The notes beneath the pieces were generated by a model. It was not told the DNA's origin, ran no database searches, and saw only the letters and a program-made list of their open reading frames with translations. DNA of 63,825 bases, the filler included, from Aduncisulcus paluster (Eukaryota), in NCBI GenBank assembly GCA_024181965.1. It is 5 parts of 5 records of this genome, joined end to end, with 100 filler letters (N's around TTAATTAATTAA, not from the genome) between each part and the next. Parts side by side here need not be neighbours in the genome. Positions count along the whole stretch, not along the records: positions 33,809 to 59,119 come from BQXS01010984.1; positions 59,220 to 63,825 come from BQXS01011027.1; 3 more parts are not named here. One strand, written 5' to 3'. How positions within the stretch are numbered: the first letter of the stretch is position 1; every line of letters begins with the position of its first letter. Both the position numbers and the translations under genes were made by a program. This document shows positions 55,601 through 63,825 of the stretch, one piece after another.

Positions 55601-58372
55601 CTCCTTGCATTATCTCTTCACAATCTAAAATTGAGATATTCGATTGTTCTTTTCGGTGATAGATTCAACCAATTTGTTGTAAAACGAATCGATGAACCTC
55701 ATAGTGAAATGGCATTGCAACGCTTTTTAGATGCATATTTTGGAGCAGAAAGTTCTATTTCCTTCCCGTTGGATGTTTTTCAATTCATCCATAATTCATG
55801 TGGTTTCCACGATGACGATAATGACTTGTCAATTTCTTCATCCACTCGTGGCAAATTCTCGACAATTCTTATTAGTCCATGTCTCTCTCTCCAAGTAATC
55901 AATCCTAGTTGCCATAAAGATGGACAATATTCTTGGAACACTCACATGACTGGTGAATGTTTGGATATTATTGTTGTGAATTTATTGAAGGAAGCATCAA
56001 ATCGGACTAATCTTGATTTATGTCTTCAAAATATCTCCGATACCCACGTTCGTATTCATCCAATTGATAAAATTGATTTATCAAGAATATTCCTGGAAAC
56101 AACTCACTCTTTGTATCATAAACATGAAATCTTTGGCGATTTGTTGTGCAAATCTCTCAATAGGAAGTTAAAACCGAAAAGAATTATTGAAAAAAGCTGT
56201 TCAACTTTTATGGAATCACTATCGTCGAATGTTCGTGACTTACCAAGTGTGGTGTCTATTGAATCCTTGAATGTTTTTCATACCGCAACAAAACTCAAAT
56301 CCATGAAAAAGGTTGCCTTTCAAGGAGAAGAATCTGAAATCTTTTACATTGATAATGGTATTTCATCGATCAAACCTTCATGTCCTGTTCTTCGTAGTGA
56401 AGCAGTTCTGTTGCCAAAAAATGAAGATTTGCACCCAATTATTTCCAAAATTTGTAATACAGAAGGCATTGACCTCCATTCACTTTCTGAATTTCACCTT
56501 GTCACTTCTCATGCTCCATTTATTAATTCTCAAGCATCAACTTTGGGAAACTTGATAAAACCCAACAAGGCTACTTCAATGATTTCATCCAATTCTGGCT
56601 CTGAAATTGATTTCCACAAGTTATTCATGGCTCTAATGGGAAGTATGGAAACAAAGATATTTAAACGTAAGGCTGGAAATAAGATTCGTGTTTATTCTAT
56701 ATCTCTCGTCCTTGATCTTTCCCCAAGTTCAATATGTGAGGTTAACGTTTGTCACACATTTTTTTCTTTCGTATTTGCTCTTCATTTACTCTCAAGATTA
56801 TCTATTCCCCATGTTGATGTGATTCTATGTAGTGATAGACCTTATCTGGTTTTCAAAGATGAAAGACCTGAAAATATCATCAAACCTACATCATCTCTCT
56901 GGCCTATCATTTGCCACGCATATACCCTGGCTATAGACTACAAGAGTGATGTTTTTGCTCAAGGTATTGTGTGTGCGCTTTCCTTACAATCAAATCGGAC
57001 ATGCCCAAGTGCTTTGTTCTCTTTAGTTAGTCAAAAATCTATTTGGTGCTTCTCTGATGGCATTTTGGATCCATTATCAAGATGTATTATTCATTCCTGT
57101 CAAGCAAGAGCGTATGTTGTCGATGTTGATATTATTGGTATTGGTGTTGGAATTCAAGGATCAATTTGTTTGCAAGATACATTCCAAAAATGTTGTTTCT
57201 CACTCAAACCTGATGAAATTGGGGAGGCTCTGTGTTGTTTATACAATCCCAAATCAACTAAATCGAAAAAGGCAAATTTCTCAGTGTTATATTCGACTCC
57301 TCAATGCACATTTGATTCCAAATCCATTCTTGAGAGAAAACCTTGGAATGGTTTGTTGTCAGATTCCATTAGGATGCATTGTAATCGCCACAAAAGTAGA
57401 TTTGCAAGTGCCAGACTTAATCACAAAGCCTTTTCTGAGGAAGCTATCGGAGAAGGCAGAACTGACAATATTGATGGAGCAGATTTGTATCTTGATGGAG
57501 CTTTTTCTGGATTTTCCATCCTAGTCTGTATGTTTTATTTTGATTGTGAAGCGGACATCAATGAGGATGTTTTCATTAATGGAAAATCGCATTCTGGTTC
57601 CTCTCCATATAATTCTATGAAACAAAAAGGATTCTCGGTCACAATTACAAAAGATTACATTTCATCAATCCGTGAACTTAGATCTGGAAAACACTCAATT
57701 TGTATGATAATTTCTTCAACTGGAACCTCATCTTGTATTAAAGACACTTCACATTTATCTGAATTCATTCAAACAGTTGATAAATATTGGAAATTAGGAG
57801 GATCTCTTTTCCTATGGGTTGATAATGCTCCATTTTTTCACGAAGTCAACCTATTCCTTGCACAAGCTGTGTTTGAGACAGAAAGAGGATCAATTCCATG
57901 TAAATTCAGAATGGAGGGAAACTATATTGGGCAGAAATTTTTTTCCCCCAAGCTTCCAGTGTCTGGAGAGCTCCAAAGAGGATGTTTTAATGCAGAAAAA
58001 TTTATCACCGTTGGAAGTCGACAAATTCCTGCTTTTAGGGGAGGACTTAGAAAAATCTTTGAAGGCATTACCATAGCATTGTTCACTCAAAGAACCAGAG
58101 AAGGAATGTATCCTTTTGTCCCATTTGCTATGAATACAGCAACAGATCATATGTATTCTCCAGCGATTGCTTATCATATTTCAAATCCAGATTATACATC
58201 ACAAGGAAGTATAATAATTGATTCAGCCTTTACAAAATTATATTTTAACTATGATGAAGCGGGTACAGCCCGGTGGATTATAAACGCAATTTGTTTATTG
58301 GCAGAGAGGTTCAGTGAAAGAAAGTTTGACATGACAAAAGAAACTGAATCTCAAATGTCTCCATTCCATTAG
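52604..58372 (+). CDS. Segment 5 of giant midasin-like gene: beta-rich region, two VWA-like domains, C-terminal alpha/beta domain
   Basis: No ATG at the ORF start, frame open from ~52553. DVVLAVD...YSIVLFGD; YSISLVLDLSPSS (DxSxS)...WCFSDG...IIGIGVG; C-terminal DGAFSG...WVDNAPF...FEGITI...DSAFTKLY...AGTARW. Confidence 0.75.
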   Translation: MRRQNIVKFSGSLSDGIFVIPHSAERSIFQSIQLNGADELCTELPFENIPINLENIEIFPLFFPNDTYSFMRSQSRYRSPPPPRKIELPREFLPFSEGSLYEYYNDLLRVINSKYDSLRKEIMFPCIEKNDLKKSEAQFHDLEKRISVLKSDERKIQDILPEQIYPDFSHEIDFVKIPKFSLNVDHFQPNPQIINSSFNCESIFIPLKPIISGTYVSGPICTVKIENFSSLNNITFAYQKDDHSPFSPLFSFSLKYASAQVLELRINFNCSSIPVVEKEQQYLETHHLCVDIDESPAILPISLQCCILPNLICIECDQGMRYNKDKLVAIGPMPLNVKYHRPRGYPNHSFIVQHIQAGYDNKCSGCHWNLNKDAFQFQSERGKGGDILALSDVKTCSLPSFSVYCEKLKSSTLRIFGFYQSKKNVLSEMKIVEFSTRLLTKRFRVFIWNGTGSSIKTSIKLAKNPLKAKFLSNGYKNEMNLSMKNNSWNEIGLQVDIPTYRQSIENKWNIHILDKNQEILFCIKVVYVYNSKSNNQIEWAIGKVDNSPKKEVVSKELDRMAKVLKEEHKKQLDAFPLDEGEKSPALYYKNRKPILSEEFDRYDSSCKVDLFTPKLSFSSMDEIEFSAQTLRELQDLCDVDSLKLFSGIHALWMKLLSCQHNLDRCVFAIQRKEAEEKQRLLEIFEEYIGFLKSFSCIHLVPPLKQIIELKFKTISISIDQICSISTPTQFVEFHPFQISSGDVQFDSIHQPSIQNSNSISKSQKSNPIKPQLNVMYFSKPSKAQKAKSKKLHFQSTSDHQSQRKVDIQHATIKSDQKLSVLTPHDELELLEVLGKAQMFSLDVFDFATDEQLEKLKEAKDLTLETVISKDQPKRGGSETCDKAQNPDEYYSRTLSILSSTYAKEKPWAILPSLEVSEIVEKEDLIKLISFDKKIEKEFMGGYLKEFAATFQSMIDKITGFVCEKRMEGTISYDKTDVVLAVDIHKYLKEEKLLVIHLVFLLALSLHNLKLRYSIVLFGDRFNQFVVKRIDEPHSEMALQRFLDAYFGAESSISFPLDVFQFIHNSCGFHDDDNDLSISSSTRGKFSTILISPCLSLQVINPSCHKDGQYSWNTHMTGECLDIIVVNLLKEASNRTNLDLCLQNISDTHVRIHPIDKIDLSRIFLETTHSLYHKHEIFGDLLCKSLNRKLKPKRIIEKSCSTFMESLSSNVRDLPSVVSIESLNVFHTATKLKSMKKVAFQGEESEIFYIDNGISSIKPSCPVLRSEAVLLPKNEDLHPIISKICNTEGIDLHSLSEFHLVTSHAPFINSQASTLGNLIKPNKATSMISSNSGSEIDFHKLFMALMGSMETKIFKRKAGNKIRVYSISLVLDLSPSSICEVNVCHTFFSFVFALHLLSRLSIPHVDVILCSDRPYLVFKDERPENIIKPTSSLWPIICHAYTLAIDYKSDVFAQGIVCALSLQSNRTCPSALFSLVSQKSIWCFSDGILDPLSRCIIHSCQARAYVVDVDIIGIGVGIQGSICLQDTFQKCCFSLKPDEIGEALCCLYNPKSTKSKKANFSVLYSTPQCTFDSKSILERKPWNGLLSDSIRMHCNRHKSRFASARLNHKAFSEEAIGEGRTDNIDGADLYLDGAFSGFSILVCMFYFDCEADINEDVFINGKSHSGSSPYNSMKQKGFSVTITKDYISSIRELRSGKHSICMIISSTGTSSCIKDTSHLSEFIQTVDKYWKLGGSLFLWVDNAPFFHEVNLFLAQAVFETERGSIPCKFRMEGNYIGQKFFSPKLPVSGELQRGCFNAEKFITVGSRQIPAFRGGLRKIFEGITIALFTQRTREGMYPFVPFAMNTATDHMYSPAIAYHISNPDYTSQGSIIIDSAFTKLYFNYDEAGTARWIINAICLLAERFSERKFDMTKETESQMSPFH

Positions 58373-59029
58373 ATTATCAGATCCTACAACGATGACAAAT
58401 GATCGTTGGATCCAAGTAAGACCGATATTTCACTTAAATCCAGTGTGTCTCAATTCTCGTCATACTAGTAGTATTATTAGTAATAAAGATTATTTTATTG
58501 TTTTTAAAAAGTGATCATTTTACTTCCTAAGAGGACAAATTAGAATACTTCCTTCAATGGAAATGAATTTCAATTCCCTTGCTGTTGCACATTTCACTTT
58601 TCTGTGAATTACAGACTTCTTTACACTACCAATAACTCTTGGACAATACATATAGAATAAATTATAACCAGAAATTGAAACAACTGTGGCCAAACTAACT
58701 ATAATGCGGTCCAATTTATTAATAAACAGATCTCGAGCGAACCAATCTATTTTTAGAATGTCCCTGAGAATGGTCACCACATCCTCCTCTCACTTGAAGA
58801 GGTCATCTCATGGCCGAAACCCTGTTCTCCTCTTCGTGATCATTCTCTTGGCGTAAACAAGCAACTATTATTTAAGCAAACAACACTCTCAGATCCGTTC
58901 GTGTAGCATATACCGGCTACAGGCGGTATTCTGATCAAAATGGGCGCATGACGCATACAGCATCAATGCAAACATGAACACACACAATCACAATCAAATG
59001 GCGTACACACACTGGCGTTCCGAATAAAA

Positions 59030-59119
59030 GTATTACCATGGTAATACCATTCCAGAAATTTTTTATGGTAATACTACTAAAAATAGTGGTATTTCTTAAT
59101 GTATTACCATGGTATTACC
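59030..59119. repeat. Palindromic repeat cluster (GTATTACCATGGTAATAC) at a contig end
   Basis: Perfect 18-bp palindrome at 59030-59047, half-site at 59065-59074, near-copy at 59101-59119. Confidence 0.8.
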
Positions 59120-59219
59120 NNNNNNNNNNNNNNNNNNNNNNNNNNNNNNNNNNNNNNNNNNNNTTAATTAATTAANNNNNNNNNNNNNNNNNNNNNNNNN
59201 NNNNNNNNNNNNNNNNNNN
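59120..59219. other. Artificial contig linker
   Basis: 44 N, TTAATTAATTAA, 44 N. Confidence 0.95.
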
Positions 59220-59772
59220 CAGGGTTCTTTCCAACATCGACATCCACACAGCTTCCATCCTCGAGGACGACTGTTCCAACAAGATGAAGTGGAACAGTAG
59301 CCCATTGGTAAAGCTTAACTCCACCATAGTAGTGAGTGCGCATGACAGCCACTTTGGCATCTGAAGATTCCTTCAAGGGAGCAAGTTTAAGATCGAGACG
59401 AGGAGTGTCGAGGTGGGAACCAATCAACCGAAATCCATGGGTAACTGGACTTTCCTTACCAACTACAACAAGAGAAAATGACTTTTTCTTGTTTACATAG
59501 AGGAGACGAGTACCAGGAGGATATTTGCCAGAAAGATCAGCATCAGATCCTATCTCAATAACTTTGAAATCATATTTAGAAGTGGCGGCTTCAACAAAGT
59601 ATTTGGTTCTTTCTCTTTCAGTTCTAAAGGATTCACACCATAATCTATACGGTTCAGCAAACATAAACACAGATTCTTTTTCGTGGTCATTAAGTGTTTC
59701 CCAAACACTTTTCTCTGATTCAGTGAGTTCCTTTTCGCGGGATTCTTTCTTAATCTCCTTTTTTTCTTCCAT
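59220..59772 (-). CDS. M18 family aminopeptidase (bacterial ApeA-type); 3' end cut by linker
   Basis: RTERE, IGSHLDTPRLDLK and THYYGGVKLYQW motifs. Confidence 0.88.
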
Positions 59773-60216
59773 TTATGTTGGCAAAACAAGACAAATTATT
59801 GTTTCATCGGAGTTCATGACACAATTATATGTTCACCTCGGAGAAAAAAATAATAAAAAGCAATATACATCGGTGTGAAATAAATAATTTCCGGGTTTAC
59901 TAACTTGAATAATAATAGAATAACTATTTAGAGGATTTCGATTGGATTTTCTCTACTGGGTAGACTCATATGCAAATTATGCCATAAAATAGATAATAAA
60001 ATACTCTGCTTAAAAATATATTTGGGTCTATTCGGTTTGGGTATTGATTCTAGCTTCATGACCAAAAACAGCAAAAGCCATGCTCATTTTTAGGAGATCG
60101 CCCTAAAAATAAATCTATTTAATAGATTCTTTGTCATAATCGAAAGAATAAAGTCCGAATCTGAACAATATTTTAACAGAAGTGAGTTGGCAGTGAAAAA
60201 AAACCGTTTTGTAACA

Positions 60217-61531
60217 ATGAGAAGGGAAAAAGAAGAAGAGTGGGAAAAACCTGTGTTCCCAGAGATAGACCCCATGGAATATCACATATCCCAACAAATT
60301 GGTAAAGGTATGTCTATATATATTTGTTTTTTTTGGAATCCTTTTTGTTTATATCAACTGTTTATTTCACACTTCATTTTTATTATTTATTTGATCATTA
60401 GGAGCTTTTTCTCGAGTCTATCTTGCTTACACTCCAGACGGTGGTCAAGTTGCCATAAAAAGATTGAAATTGACTTCAAAGCCCAGTTCAATCCTTCGCG
60501 AGATTAATCTATTAAATAAGTTTATTGGAAAAAAGAATATTGTTCAGCTTCGTGATTTAATTGTAGATACAGCCACTTTGCAAACTACTGTGATCACTTC
60601 TTATGCTGATAGTGATGACTTTAAGTCTTGTTTACGTTTATATACCCCAAGAGATATCTGGAAGTACATGGAATCATTAATTACAAGTCTTGCAGAGTGT
60701 GAGAAACAAGGAATTATTCATCGAGATGTCAAACCTGGAAATTTCCTTTTTTCTCGGAAAACGGGGAAAGGATTGCTCATTGATTTTGGTTTGGCTCAAA
60801 CTCTTACTGAAGCCCGTGATTTCCAAAAGACTCGGATGAGAACCGACACCCCTGGACCTTCTCATGCGATCGGAAGTATGGAAACCCGGAGACAACGTCC
60901 CAATATGGCCCGTTCAAGGCCCCCTGACCTGCCCGCTGAGTGTCCCGGTGTGCCTGATATTGAGAGTAGGATATCTCTCCGTGCCCCTCTTCTACCAGCC
61001 CAACCAAGGAGTGGAACTCATGGATATAGAGCCCCTGAAATCCTTATCCCAACTCGCATCCAGACAACTAAGATTGACGTGTGGTGTGCTGGTGTTATCT
61101 TACTGTGTCTTCTTGTCGGACGTGGCAGTATATTCCGTGGTAGAGATACTGGGGATGCATACGAAATCATGGCCATTCGTGCTTTCTTTGGAACCGACGC
61201 CTTTTTGCATGGCGTTGCTTCTTTAGGGGCTGATATTTTTATCGCTGGAACAGATGTACCCAATCCCAGTGACATGAGCATGGGGAAAAGTGTAACAGCT
61301 TTGAAACGTGCTTGTGACAGGATAAATCCAGGATTAAAAGGTATAATGCCCGATTGTGCTTATGATTTGTGTATTTTGGCACTTACTTTTAACCCCGATG
61401 ATCGTCCAGCTGCTACCAGGTTACTTGATCACGAGTTTCTGCAGATGGACCCCATTTTATTGCCAGATTCGAGGCTTGACGGTGAGTTAGAAATTGATAT
61501 AAGTACTCAAATCATTACGCAAGGAGAGTAA
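60217..61531 (+). CDS. CDC7: Cdc7 (DDK catalytic subunit) kinase; exons 60217-60307 and 60402-61531
   Basis: Removing intron 60308-60401 gives IGKGAFSRVYLA. VAIK..KLTSKPSSILREI, HRDVKPGNFL, LIDFGLAQ plus an insert, RSGTHGYRAPE and QTTKIDVW are Cdc7 signatures. Confidence 0.82.
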
Positions 61532-61978
61532 AATCTCGATCTTGTCGAATCATTGTATATGGAAAACTTTTCCATAAATTGAATTGACTAGAAATATTGA
61601 GGAAATAGTGAAAAATAAATAGAAACTGGTGTAAAAGATAAACATTAAACACGAATTACTGTTTAAATGGATATAGCTTAGCATGGTAACTTCAAGTTAG
61701 AAGTTCTAATAAAAAAACAATCCTCTGTTTGCATGGACTATTGGTCTTTTTAATATTTTTATTAGCTAAATTTTACCATGTGACCAGTTTATTCGAAGGT
61801 AAGAGCTCATCTCGAGATGCAGGGTATTTTTTGTGCCTGATTATATTCCAAATGTTTGTTTTGGGCTTTTTTGCATATCTTGTTTATTTTTGAAGGTACG
61901 TTTGATTACAAACGAATATAATTATCATCTTTATCTCTAAATTTTCTCACTCCTTCGTAATATCTCTTCTCAAAGCAC

Positions 61979-62716
61979 ATGTCCACCGAAGTCAAGAAAT
62001 CTACCATAAAAGACACAACAATTGATGCTGTTTCATTAGTGATCACTAAAGTGATTACTGAAAATGAAAAATACATCAAAAAAATGGGTCTTGGATCTTC
62101 TTATAAGGTTGATAAGAAAACTATCGACTTATTCAATGATACTCCCGAGACTAGAAGATCTCTAAGAAAATATAGGGTGGGTAATAATCGAAAGGGTGTT
62201 CTGGATATGTCTTATTCAAAACAAATCAATCCTTTTGTTCCATCACAACAACAGTTGTTCAAAATGCTCAATAATATGTTGTATCGAACCCGTATGCAAT
62301 GTGAACTTGCCATCGCTGTTCTCGTTTACATCGATCGGCTCATTGAAAACTCTGGATTGGTTCTTGCATCCCATAATTGGATGACCGTGATCTGGGTCTG
62401 TGTTGTTGCGGCACAGAAACAAAACGATGATTACACGTATTCCCTTGCCGAATACAACAAGCTTCTACCGGGAAGAATTGGAGTTCAACCATATTGCAGG
62501 CTTGAACGGACATTATATAGTTTACTCGACTATAAATTGTTCATTTCTCCTTCGCTCTACACGAAATACAGAAAGCACTTAAGCACACTTTACAGTGCTA
62601 ATATTAGTGCAAAGGTTGTCCTTCCAGTGAAGCCACTTGCTGAATATATTGATGTGGATCATTGCCGTGATCACATTATTCCGGAGGCTTTTGGGGTTTA
62701 CATTAAAAGCAAATAA
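61979..62716 (+). CDS. Cyclin, cyclin-Y/Pho80-like group
   Basis: ELAIAVLVYIDRL...HNW...AQKQNDD...RLER...LLDYKLFISPSLYTKY cyclin box. Confidence 0.8.
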   Translation: MSTEVKKSTIKDTTIDAVSLVITKVITENEKYIKKMGLGSSYKVDKKTIDLFNDTPETRRSLRKYRVGNNRKGVLDMSYSKQINPFVPSQQQLFKMLNNMLYRTRMQCELAIAVLVYIDRLIENSGLVLASHNWMTVIWVCVVAAQKQNDDYTYSLAEYNKLLPGRIGVQPYCRLERTLYSLLDYKLFISPSLYTKYRKHLSTLYSANISAKVVLPVKPLAEYIDVDHCRDHIIPEAFGVYIKSK

Positions 62717-63141
62717 GTTCTCTGAATCAATCGTTAGAAGAGAGCAGATTCTAAAGGTATTTCAAAGTGTAAGGGCACTCAATTGAGATGAACCTTGTGT
62801 GAACTTTGAAGCATCCACTTCTACCTCTTCTTAATGAATAGTTGCAGTCAAAATCCCCCCTCATTAGGGAATAGTTTCCTAAAATGAACTTTAACTTAAC
62901 AAAGTTTATTCTATTGAATACTTGATCGCCTTTATCTCAAGAATGCTCTTTTTTTCGAGGAATATCCACCTCTCAGTTAATATATATATTTTTGTAATAA
63001 ATATAAATGCAAACTAACTTAATATCTTTCAGTAATTATTATATACTATCCCTATTTATCCCATGGAAGTATTCTATTTATAGATACTGACAAGTCTTTT
63101 GAATTTTTTAACTTTCGAGCAGATTCAAAACCTCTGGATTG

Positions 63142-63825
63142 ATGGACGCCATATTCAAACCCAATGTTGTTGCCATTGTTGGTGCTAGTGAAAGAGTAGG
63201 TGTTGGTAGAACTCTCGTTGAGAACATGCACCACCCAGATTTCAAGGGAGAGATTTATCCCATCTCCCTCAAGAGAGAAACTATTCTTGGTCACAAGGCC
63301 TACAAAACTGTTGGAGATTGTCCTAAAATCCCTGATCTTGTCATCATTGCCATCCGTGCTAAATTCGTTCCTGCTTGTGTGAAGGAATGCTGTGATCTCG
63401 GTGTCAAGGGTCTTGTCATCATCTCCGCTGGTTTCAAGGAAATGGGTCCCCCCGGTATCGCTCTTGAAGATGAAATCCTCAAGCATATCAAAAAGTCTGG
63501 AACTCGTCTTGTTGGACCCAATGTTCTTGGTGTCATGACCCCTAACTTTGGTCTCAATGCTACTTTTGCCGCCTGTATGGGAAACAAGGGACACATGTGT
63601 TTCTTATCTCAATCTGGAGCTATGTGCACTGCTATGCTTGACTGGTCTGAACTCACTGGTCTTGGTTTCAGTGCCTTTGTTTCTGTTGGTTCCATGCTTG
63701 ACGTTGACTGGGGAGACTTGATCCGTTACTTTGGTGATGATAAGGATACTAATGCCATCATCTGTTACGTTGAAGGTATCGGTGACGCTGCCTCTTTCTT
63801 CAATGCTGCCCGTGAGGTTGCCCCC
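63142..63825 (+). CDS. ACS: ADP-forming acetyl-CoA synthetase, N-terminal part; runs off the window and is absent from the ORF track
   Basis: My translation gives MDAIFKPNVVAIVGAS...IISAGFKE...RLVGPNVLG...LSQSGA...SVGSMLDVDWGDLI; strong codon bias. Confidence 0.9.
   Translation, partial: MDAIFKPNVVAIVGASERVGVGRTLVENMHHPDFKGEIYPISLKRETILGHKAYKTVGDCPKIPDLVIIAIRAKFVPACVKECCDLGVKGLVIISAGFKEMGPPGIALEDEILKHIKKSGTRLVGPNVLGVMTPNFGLNATFAACMGNKGHMCFLSQSGAMCTAMLDWSELTGLGFSAFVSVGSMLDVDWGDLIRYFGDDKDTNAIICYVEGIGDAASFFNAAREVAP

Noticed and set aside
58520-58780. 86-aa minus-strand ORF, and similar short ORFs at 26716-27065, 31929-32375 and 3285-3619
   Set aside because: No recognisable motifs, and they either lack an ATG start or have non-coding-like composition.

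Overview
Gene-dense, AT-rich eukaryotic nuclear DNA with short GTATGT...AG spliceosomal introns and the standard genetic code. Flagellar genes (PF16/SPAG6, BBS4, ULK4, TPGS1), ADP-forming acetyl-CoA synthetase, prokaryote-type enzymes and GTATGT donors suggest an anaerobic flagellate, probably a Carpediemonas-like fornicate (Metamonada) such as Aduncisulcus; this assignment is inference only. The window is five pieces joined by artificial 100-nt linkers (44 N, TTAATTAATTAA, 44 N), and three 20-N gaps carry duplicated flanks, so synteny across linkers is not trustworthy. Housekeeping genes include Spc25-like, cornichon, PLPBP/YggS, SmG, polo kinase, DYRKP, AAGAB, an ankyrin-CaaX protein, enolase, Cdc7 and a cyclin-Y-like protein. 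The main leads are: (1) a ~20-kb, ~6,660-codon non-canonical midasin-like gene with six AAA+ modules, two VWA-like domains and an extra C-terminal domain, broken by three single-base frame changes; (2) a multicopy tandem-domain family with a constant framework, hypervariable aromatic-rich loops and patchwork exchange between copies; (3) an N-terminally truncated BBS4 abutting a ~45-bp element that recurs 32 kb away; (4) several decayed genes and lateral-transfer candidates.
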